Shown: positions 1 to 10,220 of the stretch, piece by piece
How the letters are laid out: every line of letters begins with the position of its first letter
How positions within the stretch are numbered: the first letter of the stretch is position 1
Source of the DNA: Deltaproteobacteria bacterium
GTDB lineage: Bacteria; Desulfobacterota; Binatia; UBA9968
Direction: 5' to 3'
Assembly (NCBI GenBank): GCA_009692615.1
Contig: SHYW01000007.1
Location: 245-64,244 of the forward strand
DNA length: 64,000 nucleotides
Translations under genes and position numbers: made by a program
The notes under the pieces: model-generated
Told to the model about the DNA's origin: nothing
Seen by the model: the letters and a program-made list of their open reading frames with translations, nothing else
Database searches by the model: none

Positions 1-96
1 TGTTGGGCCAACACACCGACGATGTGCTGGGCAATGTCCTGGGCCTGAGCGGCGCGCAGCTAAGCGACCTGCGCGCCGGCAAAGTCATCAAGTAGC
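1..96 (+). CDS. 3' end of a CoA-transferase family III (CaiB/BaiF-like) gene (partial)
   Basis: C-terminal peptide ...GQHTDDVLGNVLGLSGAQLSDLRAGKVIK* resembles the conserved C-terminus of family III CoA-transferases; runs off window start. Confidence 0.4.
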
Positions 97-100
97 GAGA

Positions 101-283
101 GTCTCGGATTCGGATTTTTCTCCCGCAAAGGTGCTGGGACGCAAAGGTAAGAAAATAACGACTGTCATTTCGACCGAAGGGAGAAATCTCTCCGATCTTC
201 GACGGCTTGGTCCGGATGACGGGCCTTGCCCGTCACTTAGCGCCTTTGCGCCTTTGCGAGAGACAATCCGACTCCGAATCTTC
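101..283. repeat. composite palindromic intergenic element (GATTCGGA...CGCAAAGG x2 ... CCTTTGCG x2 ... TCCGAATC) with internal GGGCCTTGCCCGT hairpin
   Basis: inverted termini GGATTCGGA (104-113) / CCGAATC (273-279); tandem CGCAAAGG words mirrored by CCTTTGCG words; same word family as other copies in window. Confidence 0.6.
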
Positions 284-289
284 TATCCC

Positions 290-1372
290 TTACTTCAAAA
301 ACTCTTTCTGAAAATAATCAGTCCACTCGTTGGCTTTCTCGTGCATCGTTTCCGGGCTGATGTAGCTGGCGCGTTTGAAGCGGCCGCCGCCGGGTTTGAG
401 GTCGGCCTGGCGCGCCGGCACGTCCGGGTGTGACGGCAGGTAGTTGGCCGCTTGAATGATCCGTTGGCCTTTGCGCGACAACAGGAAATCGAGAAACAAC
501 ATCGCCGCGTGGGGATGGGGTGAATATTTCGCTAGACCGATGGTGCTGATGGTCGCCGTCACCGGCTCCAACGGCAGCCACTCCACCGGCGCGCCGGCGG
601 CCTTGCTGATGTAGGCATGGTGATTGAAAATTTGCAGCGCCATCGGATATTCGCCGGCGATTACTAAATCCAACACCTGGCGCGCGCTGGCGGTGGTCTT
701 GGCGATATTTTGCTGTTTCAGCTTTTGCAAATACGCCTTGCCGGCCTCCTGCCCCATGGTGAGAAGAATATGGCCGATGAACTGCGGCCCGCCCGAGCCC
801 CGGCTGGTGGACCACATGATCTGGCCTTTCCAACGCGGATGGAGCAAGTCCTCGTAGCTCTTCGGCACATCGGCGGCTTTGACGTTGCGCGTGTTGTAGG
901 CCGCGGTCATGAAATAGACGTTGCTGCTCGCCCAAAAACCCTTGGGATCTTTGAGTTCCGGCGGATACTCGGCCAGCTGCGGCGAAGTGAAACGCTGCAT
1001 GAAGCCCGCCTGCTGGATCATCGTCGTCGAGCCGCTGCCGCTGATCAGGTCGACGTCGTAACGCTTGGCCTGATATTCGAGCAACATCTTTTGCGCGACG
1101 CGCTCCGAGTTGCCGCGAAAAAATTCCAGTTGAACGAACGGATAGTCTTTTTCGAAAGCTTCCTTCAACGGCCGAACCACCTGATCGACGATCAGTCCGG
1201 TATAAAAATTAATCTTGCCTTCCTTCTTGGCGCCTTCGACGAGAGTCTTTTCCCGGTTGGGCGACTTGAGCAACGCGATCTCTTCCACGGTGGCGGCAAA
1301 CGGCGATCCCGCCCATTGCAGCGCCAGCACTAAAGCACCGACCGCCAATTGGTATGTTCCGCGCTTCATCAT
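290..1372 (-). CDS. ABC transporter periplasmic substrate-binding protein, family 1 (Fe3+/FutA-like)
   Basis: 360 aa, N-terminal signal peptide; homologous to ORFs at 28693 and 62786 (shared HPRWKG / NPKWK motifs); two-lobed SBP architecture. Confidence 0.65.
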   Translation of the reverse strand: MMKRGTYQLAVGALVLALQWAGSPFAATVEEIALLKSPNREKTLVEGAKKEGKINFYTGLIVDQVVRPLKEAFEKDYPFVQLEFFRGNSERVAQKMLLEYQAKRYDVDLISGSGSTTMIQQAGFMQRFTSPQLAEYPPELKDPKGFWASSNVYFMTAAYNTRNVKAADVPKSYEDLLHPRWKGQIMWSTSRGSGGPQFIGHILLTMGQEAGKAYLQKLKQQNIAKTTASARQVLDLVIAGEYPMALQIFNHHAYISKAAGAPVEWLPLEPVTATISTIGLAKYSPHPHAAMLFLDFLLSRKGQRIIQAANYLPSHPDVPARQADLKPGGGRFKRASYISPETMHEKANEWTDYFQKEFLK

Positions 1373-1510
1373 CGCAATCTCCAGCTCAAAATAAACTCGT
1401 CAAACTCTAATCTTAGCGCCGCATCTTTATCAAGCCGGCGGCTGGTTTGACAGCGCCGCATCACTGCCATAATTTGTCGAAGTGAATCGGCAAGCGAAAA
1501 GGATAAACCC

Positions 1511-2599
1511 ATGCGTGTGATCGATTGCGACGCCCATGTCGAAGAGTGCGTCGAAACTTGGCAATATCTCGACCCGGAATTTTATTTACTGCGGCCGATC
1601 CCGCTGACCTTTCCCGAAGACACCTGCTTTGGCTGGCACAACGCCGCCTGGGTGATCGATTACAAGCTGCGCTTTTTCGCCGCCAACCCGACGACCATGG
1701 CGCGGGCGTCAAAGAAAGACGTATCGATCCCGGTGCAGGAAATGCGCGATGTCGAAACCCGCATGCGCCACATGGACGAGTTGGGCATCGACACCCAAGT
1801 GGTCTTTCCGTCCATCTGGTTGGGCTGCTTGGCCGAGAACGTCGAACTGGAAGCCGCGCTGGCGCGCAGCTACAACCAATTCATGGCCACCCAATGCGCT
1901 CAATCCGGCGGTCGCATCTGGTACGTCGCCATCGTCCCCTGGCGCCGGCCGGAGATGGCGGTGCAAGAAATCCGCCGGGTGAAAACTCTCGGCTCGGCCG
2001 CCGGCATCTACGCCCGCGGCATCGAGTGGGACCGGCCGCTCACCCATCCCGAGCACTGGCCGATTTTTGCAGAGGCGGCGAAGCAAGATTTGCCGGTGAC
2101 GGTTCATGTCGGCAACGGTTCCAGTCCGATGATTCGGGAAATGTTTCAAGGTGTGCCGCGGCCAACCTACGAAGACGGCCGCCCCCATATCCATCCCCTC
2201 GGCAAAGGCATCGTCAGCGGGCCGTACGTCCTCTACGCTTTCCAACAAATCTTAGGCTCGACACTGCTCGAAGATTTTCCCAAACTGCGGGTGGCATTTT
2301 TAGAAGCCGGCTCGGAGTGGACCACGCGCTTGATCAAAGGTTTGCGCGCGAGCAAGAAAACCAAGATCGATCAGTGGCTCGCCGAGCGGGTTTTCGTCTC
2401 CTGCGCCATGGACGACGATCTGCCCTACATCATCGGCAAGAACGGCGACGACTTTCTCGTCACCGCCACCGACTTTCCCCACGGCGACGCGTTCCGTCAG
2501 GATCAGTTGGCCAACGGCCTCAAAGCGCGCGGCGATCTGAGCGACGAAACCATGGAAAAGATTCTCTCGACTAATCCCCAGCGGCTGTTTCATTTTTAG
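1511..2599 (+). CDS. amidohydrolase-2 family metal-dependent hydrolase
   Basis: MRVIDCDAHVEE N-terminus (HxH metal ligands) and TIM-barrel length typical of PF04909; paralogous to 24688 ORF (MIVDADAHVVE). Confidence 0.75.
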   Translation: MRVIDCDAHVEECVETWQYLDPEFYLLRPIPLTFPEDTCFGWHNAAWVIDYKLRFFAANPTTMARASKKDVSIPVQEMRDVETRMRHMDELGIDTQVVFPSIWLGCLAENVELEAALARSYNQFMATQCAQSGGRIWYVAIVPWRRPEMAVQEIRRVKTLGSAAGIYARGIEWDRPLTHPEHWPIFAEAAKQDLPVTVHVGNGSSPMIREMFQGVPRPTYEDGRPHIHPLGKGIVSGPYVLYAFQQILGSTLLEDFPKLRVAFLEAGSEWTTRLIKGLRASKKTKIDQWLAERVFVSCAMDDDLPYIIGKNGDDFLVTATDFPHGDAFRQDQLANGLKARGDLSDETMEKILSTNPQRLFHF

Positions 2600-2648
2600 G
2601 CGCTTCAGGCTTTTGTCTGGATAGCGCGTCACGTCCAGTTTGTTTTTT

Positions 2649-2774
2649 TCACCACGAAGAGCACAGCGCGGCACAGCCGCAACCAAACGGGAAAGAGTTT
2701 TCACCACGAAGGGCACGAAGGGTTAGGAAAATTTTTAGTCCGAACTTCGTGCTCTTCGTGTCCTTCGTGGTGAA
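2649..2774. repeat. palindromic intergenic element: TTCACCACGAAGGGCACGAAGG - AT-rich core - CTTCGTGCTCTTCGTGTCCTTCGTGGTGAA (plus upstream partial arm)
   Basis: perfectly mirrored arms of tandem CACGAAGG words around gttaggaaaatttttagtccgaa core. Confidence 0.7.
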
Positions 2775-2878
2775 TAAGTCTTCACGGTAAACCCGGAAGA
2801 ACCCATTTTTTAATATTTCGTAGGGGCGACCGGCGGTCGCCCTTGGTCACGGGTGAGAATGACGGCTCGAAGAACGAA

Positions 2879-4510
2879 TCAGCCGTTCGTAGCCAGGCGA
2901 AAAATTTCCGCGTCGCGAAACAGTTGCAGCAGATCGCCGTCGATGGCGCCATGCTTGACTTCGTCGAGCAGTATATCGAGGGCGCGCTCCCGCGGCACGG
3001 CGCGTTTGTAGGGGCGGTCATTGGCCGATAGGGCGTCGTAAATATCTGAGATCGTCATCATCTTCGACTGGAACGGAATCGCCGGCGCCGCCAGATTGCG
3101 CGGGTAACCGGTGCCGTCGAGTTTCTCATGATGCGCCGAAGCGATCTCGGGAATATTTTTAATTTCCTTGGTCCAAGGGATCTGGCGCAAAAAACTCTGG
3201 GTGTGCGTGACGTGGGATTGAATCTGCAGCCGCTCGTCGTTATCCAGGCTGCCGCGGTCGATGGAAAGTAATTTAACTTCCGCGCTCGCCAACAGCGGCT
3301 GCGGTTGGCCCGCCGGATCGATGAACTGGCGCGCCGCCAGCTCGGCGAGCTGGGTAAAATTGCCCTCGCGCATCACCGTCGGCTCGTTGCAGCGCACGAT
3401 GAATTCGAGAAACTCATCGAGCTCACTCAATTGCGCGTCGAGTTCATTTTGAAACTCAGCCTGGCGGGCGAGAAATTCGGCCCGGCCTTTGGCCAAAAGA
3501 TAGGCCAGCTTGCGCTCGCTCTGTTCATGCTCCAGCGCTTTGCGCACATAGGCGAAACGCTGGCGGATCAGATCTAATTGCCGGGGATAAAGCTTTTTGG
3601 CCTTGACCAGCACCTCTTCGCGCACGCCGACCTTACCGAAATCATGCAGCAAGGACGCGTAGCGAATCTCTTTCATCTCGGCGCGGCTGAAACGAATGTC
3701 GCGGAAAGCCTGGCTATCGGCGCGGTCCACCGCCTCAGCCAATCCTACGGTTAGATCGGCGACGCGAAAGGAATGGCCGGAAGTGGTCGGATCGCGCGAC
3801 TCGATGGCGCCCACCGAAGCGCGCACGAAGCCCTCGAATAAATTTTCGATGCTGTCATAGAGCCGGTTGTTCTCGATCGCCACCGCCGCCTGGCTCGCCA
3901 CCGAGCGGAGCATCGGCCGGCATTGTTCGGGATAGGACGCCACGACATCGTCGACGGTTTGGCGATCAACGCGCGAATTAATGTCGCGCTTAAAATTGAT
4001 CAGTTGGATCACTCCGGTGATTTCACCGCGCGGATGTTTCATCGGCACCACCAACATCGACTTACAACGGTAACCGCTGTCCTCGTCGAATTTGGGATTG
4101 AAGCGAAACGGCAACTCCGGCGGGATCTGATAAACATCCGCCAAAGCGATCTCGTCGCCGGTGCTAGCGACGTAACCGGCCAGACTCGAACGATCGATGG
4201 CTAACAGCGATTCGGTAAACGGCACCGACACGCTGTCATTCTGAGTGATTTTGAAACGCAACGAGCGTTCGCCGCGGTCGTTCTCTTCGGTTAGATAAAG
4301 CGAGCCGGCGTCGCTGTTGGTGATCTCGCGGCACTTTTGCAGCATGAAACGGAGCAGCGCCTCGCGATCTTTTTCGGTCGACAGCGCGATGCCGATCTCA
4401 TTGAGCTGAGCGATTTCCCAACGAGCGCGATCGAGATCCTGTTCAAGCTCGACCTGGCGCGCGGGACTGATCGCAGTTAATTGTGGGGATAAATCCCGGC
4501 CATGAGTCAT
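2879..4510 (-). CDS. GAF domain-containing HD-GYP phosphodiesterase (c-di-GMP signalling)
   Basis: 543 aa; HD motif (SLLHDFGKVGV), HD-GYP signature (HHEKLDGTGYPRNL) and DIYDALSANDRPYKRA motif; N-terminal GAF-like region. Confidence 0.8.
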   Translation of the reverse strand: MTHGRDLSPQLTAISPARQVELEQDLDRARWEIAQLNEIGIALSTEKDREALLRFMLQKCREITNSDAGSLYLTEENDRGERSLRFKITQNDSVSVPFTESLLAIDRSSLAGYVASTGDEIALADVYQIPPELPFRFNPKFDEDSGYRCKSMLVVPMKHPRGEITGVIQLINFKRDINSRVDRQTVDDVVASYPEQCRPMLRSVASQAAVAIENNRLYDSIENLFEGFVRASVGAIESRDPTTSGHSFRVADLTVGLAEAVDRADSQAFRDIRFSRAEMKEIRYASLLHDFGKVGVREEVLVKAKKLYPRQLDLIRQRFAYVRKALEHEQSERKLAYLLAKGRAEFLARQAEFQNELDAQLSELDEFLEFIVRCNEPTVMREGNFTQLAELAARQFIDPAGQPQPLLASAEVKLLSIDRGSLDNDERLQIQSHVTHTQSFLRQIPWTKEIKNIPEIASAHHEKLDGTGYPRNLAAPAIPFQSKMMTISDIYDALSANDRPYKRAVPRERALDILLDEVKHGAIDGDLLQLFRDAEIFRLATNG

Positions 4511-4748
4511 AAATAGAAATATCTCTTCGACCGACGCTGAAAACCTATCCGAAAAGCGCCCACAGCGTCAACATGTCAGTCCATTTGCGGCGGCCACGGA
4601 CAATTCACCTGGCAGCGATGACATAATTTAGCAGATCTTTGGCGTTAAACTGCTTTCGCCTACACGGCAAACCCTCGGCATGGTTTCTGCTCGTTTCCCC
4701 GCCCGTAGTCGAATCATTGTATCCAACCAAAAAACGGGGGCCAAGATT

Positions 4749-6938
4749 ATGGTCTGTTCAAGTCGTAGCTACTTATCCCGCTTAATTCGTACCGTAGTCA
4801 TTTTTTTCGCGCTTGGCGCCGGCGCGCAGAATCCGCCAGCGACGATCAACGTCGACGTCAATTTGAATCGCCGGCCGATTAATCCGAACATTTACGGCGT
4901 TGCCCATGCGACTACCGCGCAGTTAAACGACTTGAACAGCCCACTCAACCGCAACGGCGGCAACAACACCAGCCGTTACAATTGGCAGTTGAACGCGGAC
5001 AATCGCGCCAACGATTGGTATTTCGAAAGCATACCGGAACCGAGCGCCGTGGCCGGTGAGCGCGGCGATACATTTATCGCAAATGCCAAGGCAGCCAATG
5101 CACAAGCAATGCTCACCATTCCGACGCTCGACTGGATCGCTAAGCTCGGAGCGAATCGCGGCAAGTTAGCGAGTTTTTCCATCGCCAAATACGGCGCCCA
5201 AACCGGCAACGACTGGCAATGGTTCGCGGACGCCGGCAACGGCATCCGCAGTGGCGGCGGTTACGTCACCGGCAACAATCCCAACGATGCCAACGTCGCG
5301 TCGAACTCGACGGTGCAGCAAAGCTGGGCGCAGCATTTAGTCAACCGCTGGGGCGCCAACAGCAACGGTGGTTTGCGCTATTACATTCTCGACAACGAGC
5401 CGAGCATCTGGCACGCCACGCATCGCGACGTCCATTCCACTGGCGCGACCATGGATGAGATCAAGAACAAAATTATCGACTTCGCCGGCAAGCTCAAAAT
5501 CGTCGATCCATCGGCCCTGGTGGTTGGCCCTGAGGAATGGGGTTGGAGCGGTTACACGCTCAGCGGCTACGATCAGCAGTACGGCAGCTTGCACGGCTGG
5601 AGCAATCTTCCCGATCGCGTCGCCCACGGCGGCTGGGATTACTTACCCTGGTTGCTCGATCAGCTGCGGCAAAATGACTTAGCCACCGGCAAACGCTTGC
5701 TCGATATTTTTACCGTGCATTACTACCCGCAAGGCGGGGAATTTAGCGACGACACTTCGACGGTGATGCAGCTTCGGCGCAATCGCTCGACGCGCTCGCT
5801 GTGGGACCCTAATTATATCGACGAAAGCTGGATCAACGACCGCGTCAAGTTAGTGCCGCGCCTGCGCGACTGGGTGAACGCCTACTATCCCGGCACGCTC
5901 ACCGGCATCACGGAATACAACTGGGGCGCGGAAAATCATATCAACGGTGCCACCGCGCAAGCCGACATCTATGGCATCTTCGGCCGCGAAGGCTTGGACA
6001 TGGCGGCGCGCTGGACCACGCCGGATGCCAGCACGCCGACTTACAAAGCGATGAGACTTTATCGCAACTACGACGGCAACAAGTCGACCTTCGGCGATGT
6101 CAGCGTCGCGGCAACGGCGGCGAATCCCGATAACGTCACGGTCTTCGCCGCCGAACGCTCCGCCGACGGCGCGCTGACGATCATGGCGATCAGCAAGTAT
6201 CTATCCGGCACGACCGCGGTGACGCTCAATCTCGCCAATTTTCCCCATAACGGCAGCGCCCATGTCTGGCAGCTCGGCGCGACCAATGCGATTAATCACC
6301 TGGGCGATGTCAATTTCATCGGCGGCAGTTTTAACTACACGCTGCCAGCCCAGAGTATCACACTTTTCGTTTTGCCCGCGGCGAGCGGCAACCAAACGCC
6401 GGTGGCGGTCATGTCGGCGCAACCCGGTTCAGGCACCGCGCCGCTGAATGTTGCCTTCACCGGCAGCAGCTCGACCGATGGCGACGGCTCCATCATCGCC
6501 TATGTTTGGAATTTTGGCGATGGCGCAACCGCTTCCGGTTCCACCGCGAATCATCTCTACAGCGCGCCGGGCAGCTACCTCGCGCGCTTGACCGTCACCG
6601 ACAACCAAGGCGCGACCAACTCGACCACTACGACGATCCAGGTCAACGCCAGCTTGCCGAGCGCACCGAGCAATCTAACGGCAAGCACGATCTCGCGCAG
6701 CCAGATCAATCTAAGCTGGTCCGACAACGCCAACAACGAAACCGGCTTTAAGATCGAACGTTGCACCGGTGCCACTTGCACCAACTTCGCGCAAATTGCC
6801 GCGGTGGGCGCCAACCTAAAAACTTTTGCCAATAGCGGCCTCAAACGCAACACCGCCTATCGCTATCGCGTGCGCGCTTATAACGGCGTGGCGGATTCAG
6901 CCTATTCAAATATCGCCGGTGCGATAACCGCGCGCTAG
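4749..6938 (+). CDS. secreted glycoside hydrolase family 44 (endoglucanase/xyloglucanase) with C-terminal PKD and fibronectin-III domains
   Basis: GH44 hallmark motifs GGNNTSRYNW, YILDNEPSIWHATH, LYRNYDGNKSTFGDVSV; signal peptide after internal Met (ORF extends to 4680); PKD-like (VWNFGDG...TVTDNQG) and FN3-like (LSWSDNANNETGFKIER) C-terminal modules. Confidence 0.8.
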   Translation: MVCSSRSYLSRLIRTVVIFFALGAGAQNPPATINVDVNLNRRPINPNIYGVAHATTAQLNDLNSPLNRNGGNNTSRYNWQLNADNRANDWYFESIPEPSAVAGERGDTFIANAKAANAQAMLTIPTLDWIAKLGANRGKLASFSIAKYGAQTGNDWQWFADAGNGIRSGGGYVTGNNPNDANVASNSTVQQSWAQHLVNRWGANSNGGLRYYILDNEPSIWHATHRDVHSTGATMDEIKNKIIDFAGKLKIVDPSALVVGPEEWGWSGYTLSGYDQQYGSLHGWSNLPDRVAHGGWDYLPWLLDQLRQNDLATGKRLLDIFTVHYYPQGGEFSDDTSTVMQLRRNRSTRSLWDPNYIDESWINDRVKLVPRLRDWVNAYYPGTLTGITEYNWGAENHINGATAQADIYGIFGREGLDMAARWTTPDASTPTYKAMRLYRNYDGNKSTFGDVSVAATAANPDNVTVFAAERSADGALTIMAISKYLSGTTAVTLNLANFPHNGSAHVWQLGATNAINHLGDVNFIGGSFNYTLPAQSITLFVLPAASGNQTPVAVMSAQPGSGTAPLNVAFTGSSSTDGDGSIIAYVWNFGDGATASGSTANHLYSAPGSYLARLTVTDNQGATNSTTTTIQVNASLPSAPSNLTASTISRSQINLSWSDNANNETGFKIERCTGATCTNFAQIAAVGANLKTFANSGLKRNTAYRYRVRAYNGVADSAYSNIAGAITAR

Positions 6939-6947
6939 GCGAATCGG

Positions 6948-7033
6948 AAATTGCACTACGTAGGACACGAAGATCACGAAGTTCGGGGTGATTATTTTCC
7001 TAAACCTTCGTGCCCTTCGTGCCGTCGTGGTGC
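6948..7033. repeat. palindromic intergenic element (GAATCGGA ... GACACGAAGATCACGAAG - core - CTTCGTGCCCTTCGTGCCGTCGTGGTG)
   Basis: same word family; AT-rich core (ttcggggtgattattttcctaaac) is the reverse complement orientation of the core in the 2700 and 14034 copies. Confidence 0.65.
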
Positions 7034-7450
7034 AAACAAATTTTTCAACGACATAACAAACTTACGGTGAGCGATCGAATCTCCATCGACTCCAAAAAAC
7101 GCTCGAACATTGCCTAAACCACGCCGCTGGTGAAACCACACGCAAGCGACGCCAATCTTCGCCCGCAATTCTGAGCAGGACCAACGCACGTTCCCACCTA
7201 AGCGTAGCGAAAGGCCGCCGCCAGCAACTCAATCCTCGCCCAGCCGTCCAATTGTGTCGAACGCTTCGGCCAGCGGTGGAAACAATCAGAGAGCGCCAAG
7301 TGACATCGGGTAAGAACGATGAAAAAGAATTTTTCGTACAGCGGCTGGCATAGCACGTGCTCCATTAGCGAGAAACCAAAGTTTCCAGGTCGGTGATGAC
7401 GCGGATGGGGTTGCCCCTCCAACGCGCTCGCCAACGAACCAGAAGCGCCC

Positions 7451-9298
7451 ATGAAAGGATTTTTTATCATGAAGCCAAAACCAGTTGGAGCGAAACGCTT
7501 TGTCGCATTTGCATCGGGTCTCTTGTTGTTTTTGTTCGCCGTGGCGCTGCACGCCCAAAGCCATCCCCATTTATTCAAAACCCGTCCAGTGCCGACCCAA
7601 GCTGGCCAAAATGGGCAAAGCGCTCTGCTCGGCGATATCGATCAAAATTTTTTAGGGAACGGTCCCGAAAACATGACCATCGTCCTTCCCGGCAAAGCCG
7701 ACCTGCTGGTCAATCGCGAACATCATCAAGCGCGCGGCGCGCGCAGCTTGGTCTGGCGCGGCGCCGCCCAAGGCGACTCCAGTCACAAAGTTACATTGAC
7801 CGTTCACAAAGGCATACTGCTCGGCCATATTCAGCACGGCAACGAGATTTTTACTCTGCGGCCGGCCGCCAATGGCCGCACCGTCGTCGAGAAAATTAAT
7901 TCCTCCAGTTTCGCGCCGGAGTGGGGCCATGATCAGCATACCCATGGCAAAGAGATGGTGCCGCCAGTAAGCGGTTCGATTGATGATCAAAGCACCACGA
8001 CCACTGCACCCGCCGTGGCGGCACTGGGTGCCACTACCGAGATCGTACTCATGTCGGTCTATACGCCGCAAGCGCGCGCCGCCGGCGGCGGCACGACGCA
8101 GATCCAGGGGCAAATTCAGGCCGCCGTCGATCAAGCCAATAGCGCCTTCATCAACAGCAACATGATCGGCCGTTATCGTCTCGCCTATGCGGGTGAAGTT
8201 GCCTACAACGATTCCGGCGTGATCACGACCGATTTGAATTGGGTCACTGGCGATGCCGGCGTGGCTTCGTTGCGCGATAGTAACGCCGCCGACATGGTGT
8301 CGCTGATTACCGCCAACGGCGGCGGCTACTGCGGCATCGGCTGGGTGCAGAGAAATCCGGGCTCCGGTTTCGCAGGGTACGCGTTTCAAGTCACCGCCCA
8401 AAGCTGCTTGACGAACCAGACTTTAGCCCACGAGCACGGCCACAACCTCGGCATGGAACATAACCCGGAAAGCGCCGGCGTGACTCCGGACCAGGCCTCC
8501 TATCCATACTCGTTCGCGCACTGGGTCAATGGTCAATTCCGCACGATCATGTCGTACGATGTTTGCAGCTTGGGTTGTCCGCGCGTTTTGAATTATTCCA
8601 ATCCCGATGTCCTCTACAACGGCGTCGCCACCGGCGTGCTCGATCAACGGGACAACGCGCAAACCGCCGATAACACCGCAGCCATCGTCGCGGCGTTCCG
8701 CTCCGGCGGCGCCGTCACGGTAAACAATCCGCCGGTATTCACCGGCAATCCCATCGTCAAGCCCGACGCGACTCAAGGCGCGGCGTATTCCAGTACGCTC
8801 GCGGGCAGCGCCAGCGATGCCGACAACGATACGCTGAGCTTCAGCAAAAGCGCTGGGCCGGCTTGGCTGATCGTCAGCGCCAATGGCGCGCTGAGCGGCA
8901 CGCCAGGGTCCATCGACGTCGGGCTCAATAACTTCACGGTCACTGTCTCCGACGGCCGCGGCGGTTCCGCCAGCACCACGTTGCAGATCAACGTGGCGGC
9001 ACCGCTGATCACAGTAACGCCAACATTGACCGCGCCAACGAATTTAGCCGCAGCCTCCATCATGTCACGGCGCATCGATCTGTCCTGGGCGGACAACTCA
9101 GGCAACGAAAGCGGCTTCAAGATCGAGCGCTCGAATAACGGTTCGAGCTTCTCGCAGATCGCCACGGTGGGTGCCAACGTGACGACTTTCTCCGACACCA
9201 AGCGCCCCTCGGGTAGAACCTATTACTACCGCGTGCGCAGCTTCAACAACACAAACAACTCCGGTTATTCGAACATGGCTCATATGATGGCGAAGTAA
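7451..9298 (+). CDS. secreted metzincin-type zinc metalloprotease with cadherin-like/Ig and fibronectin-III C-terminal domains
   Basis: HEHGHNLGMEHN (HExxHxxGxxH) zinc site; signal peptide (likely start at second Met, 7469, preceded by AAAGGA); C-terminal FN3-like module LSWADNSGNESGFKIER homologous to that of the upstream GH44. Confidence 0.75.
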   Translation: MKGFFIMKPKPVGAKRFVAFASGLLLFLFAVALHAQSHPHLFKTRPVPTQAGQNGQSALLGDIDQNFLGNGPENMTIVLPGKADLLVNREHHQARGARSLVWRGAAQGDSSHKVTLTVHKGILLGHIQHGNEIFTLRPAANGRTVVEKINSSSFAPEWGHDQHTHGKEMVPPVSGSIDDQSTTTTAPAVAALGATTEIVLMSVYTPQARAAGGGTTQIQGQIQAAVDQANSAFINSNMIGRYRLAYAGEVAYNDSGVITTDLNWVTGDAGVASLRDSNAADMVSLITANGGGYCGIGWVQRNPGSGFAGYAFQVTAQSCLTNQTLAHEHGHNLGMEHNPESAGVTPDQASYPYSFAHWVNGQFRTIMSYDVCSLGCPRVLNYSNPDVLYNGVATGVLDQRDNAQTADNTAAIVAAFRSGGAVTVNNPPVFTGNPIVKPDATQGAAYSSTLAGSASDADNDTLSFSKSAGPAWLIVSANGALSGTPGSIDVGLNNFTVTVSDGRGGSASTTLQINVAAPLITVTPTLTAPTNLAAASIMSRRIDLSWADNSGNESGFKIERSNNGSSFSQIATVGANVTTFSDTKRPSGRTYYYRVRSFNNTNNSGYSNMAHMMAK

Positions 9299-9329
9299 TC
9301 CCACAGGTTCGAAACCAGAAGGTTTAACC

Positions 9330-9368
9330 AACCGGCTCGGCGTACAACGCCGAGCCGGTTTTTTTTCG
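9330..9368 (+). terminator. Rho-independent terminator after metalloprotease gene
   Basis: CCGGCTCGGCG-tacaa-CGCCGAGCCGG perfect 11-bp stem followed by T9. Confidence 0.8.
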
Positions 9369-9467
9369 CCGCTGTAAACCGATAATTCTCCCGCGAAAAC
9401 CAACCTAGCCGTGGACATTCTTGGCGCCTTGGCATAAGTCATTTGGCACAGCCGATAAAAAGGAACT

Positions 9468-10151
9468 GTGCCCATGGACATCGATCAGCTCAAGCAAGAC
9501 ATCGTCACCGCCAGCCACATTCTGCATCAGCAGGGCATCGCCGCAGCCTTTGGCCACGTCAGCGCGCGCATTCCCAGCACCGACACTTATATCTTTCCAC
9601 CGCGCATGAGTCCCGCGCTGGTGCGCAGAGATAATCTTTTAACCCTCGATGTCGAAGGCAATCAGTTAAGCGGCGAAGGCCGGCCCAATACCGAGTTTTG
9701 GATTCACGCGCGGATTTACAAAGCGCGACCCGATGTTCAATCGGTCTGCCATGTTCACCCGCCGAGCTGCGTCGTGCTCGGCGCCCTCGGTGAAACCATC
9801 CGGCCCCTGCACGCCTCGGGAGCGGTGTTTAAAAATGACGTGCAAGTCTTCGATCCGATCACCTTGATCCGCACCCGCGAGCTCGGAGACGAAGTCGCCA
9901 AGACCCTCGGCAAACATGGCGCCATGTTGCTGCGCGGCCATGGCGTCAATGTCGCGGACAAAGATGTCCGGCGCGTCTGCGTCATGACGCTGTGGATGGA
10001 AGAGGCGGCCAATTATCAGCTACGCGCCATGTCGGCCGGCAAGCCGCGCTATTTTACGCCGGAAGAATTGGCCGTGATTTACGCCCAAGTTTCCGGCGAA
10101 GAAGTTTCCAACCGCGCCTGGGAATATTTTAGCAGCCGCGTCGAATCTTGA
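9468..10151 (+). CDS. class II aldolase/adducin family protein
   Basis: 227 aa; Zn-ligand His region (VCHVHPP) and fold length of class II (fuculose-phosphate-type) aldolases. Confidence 0.7.
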   Translation: MPMDIDQLKQDIVTASHILHQQGIAAAFGHVSARIPSTDTYIFPPRMSPALVRRDNLLTLDVEGNQLSGEGRPNTEFWIHARIYKARPDVQSVCHVHPPSCVVLGALGETIRPLHASGAVFKNDVQVFDPITLIRTRELGDEVAKTLGKHGAMLLRGHGVNVADKDVRRVCVMTLWMEEAANYQLRAMSAGKPRYFTPEELAVIYAQVSGEEVSNRAWEYFSSRVES

Positions 10152-10220
10152 TCGCCAAAGGGTTGAGACCGGCCAGCGCATCACGATATTGTCGGTCGCA
10201 ACACTACGAGGGGAAAAACC

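Noticed and set aside
131-433. 100-aa ORF on plus strand at window start
   Set aside because: Overlaps a repeat element and the opposite-strand SBP gene; no signal peptide or motif; likely spurious
1525-2574. 349-aa ORF in alternative frame on same strand as amidohydrolase gene
   Set aside because: Arg/Pro/Gly-rich low-complexity translation typical of off-frame reading in high-GC DNA; the 1511 frame has clear amidohydrolase motifs
2700-2774. Possible CRISPR array suggested by short tandem repeats (CACGAAGG x3 etc.)
   Set aside because: Repeat units are only 8-9 bp with 0-1-nt 'spacers', 2-3 copies, and are mirrored by reverse-complement arms; no 25-50-bp repeats, no spacers, no cas genes
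9304-9330. tRNA T-loop-like GGTTCGAAACC just after the protease stop codon
   Set aside because: No acceptor/anticodon arms can be built; upstream 60 nt are coding sequence; just a small hairpin preceding the true terminator
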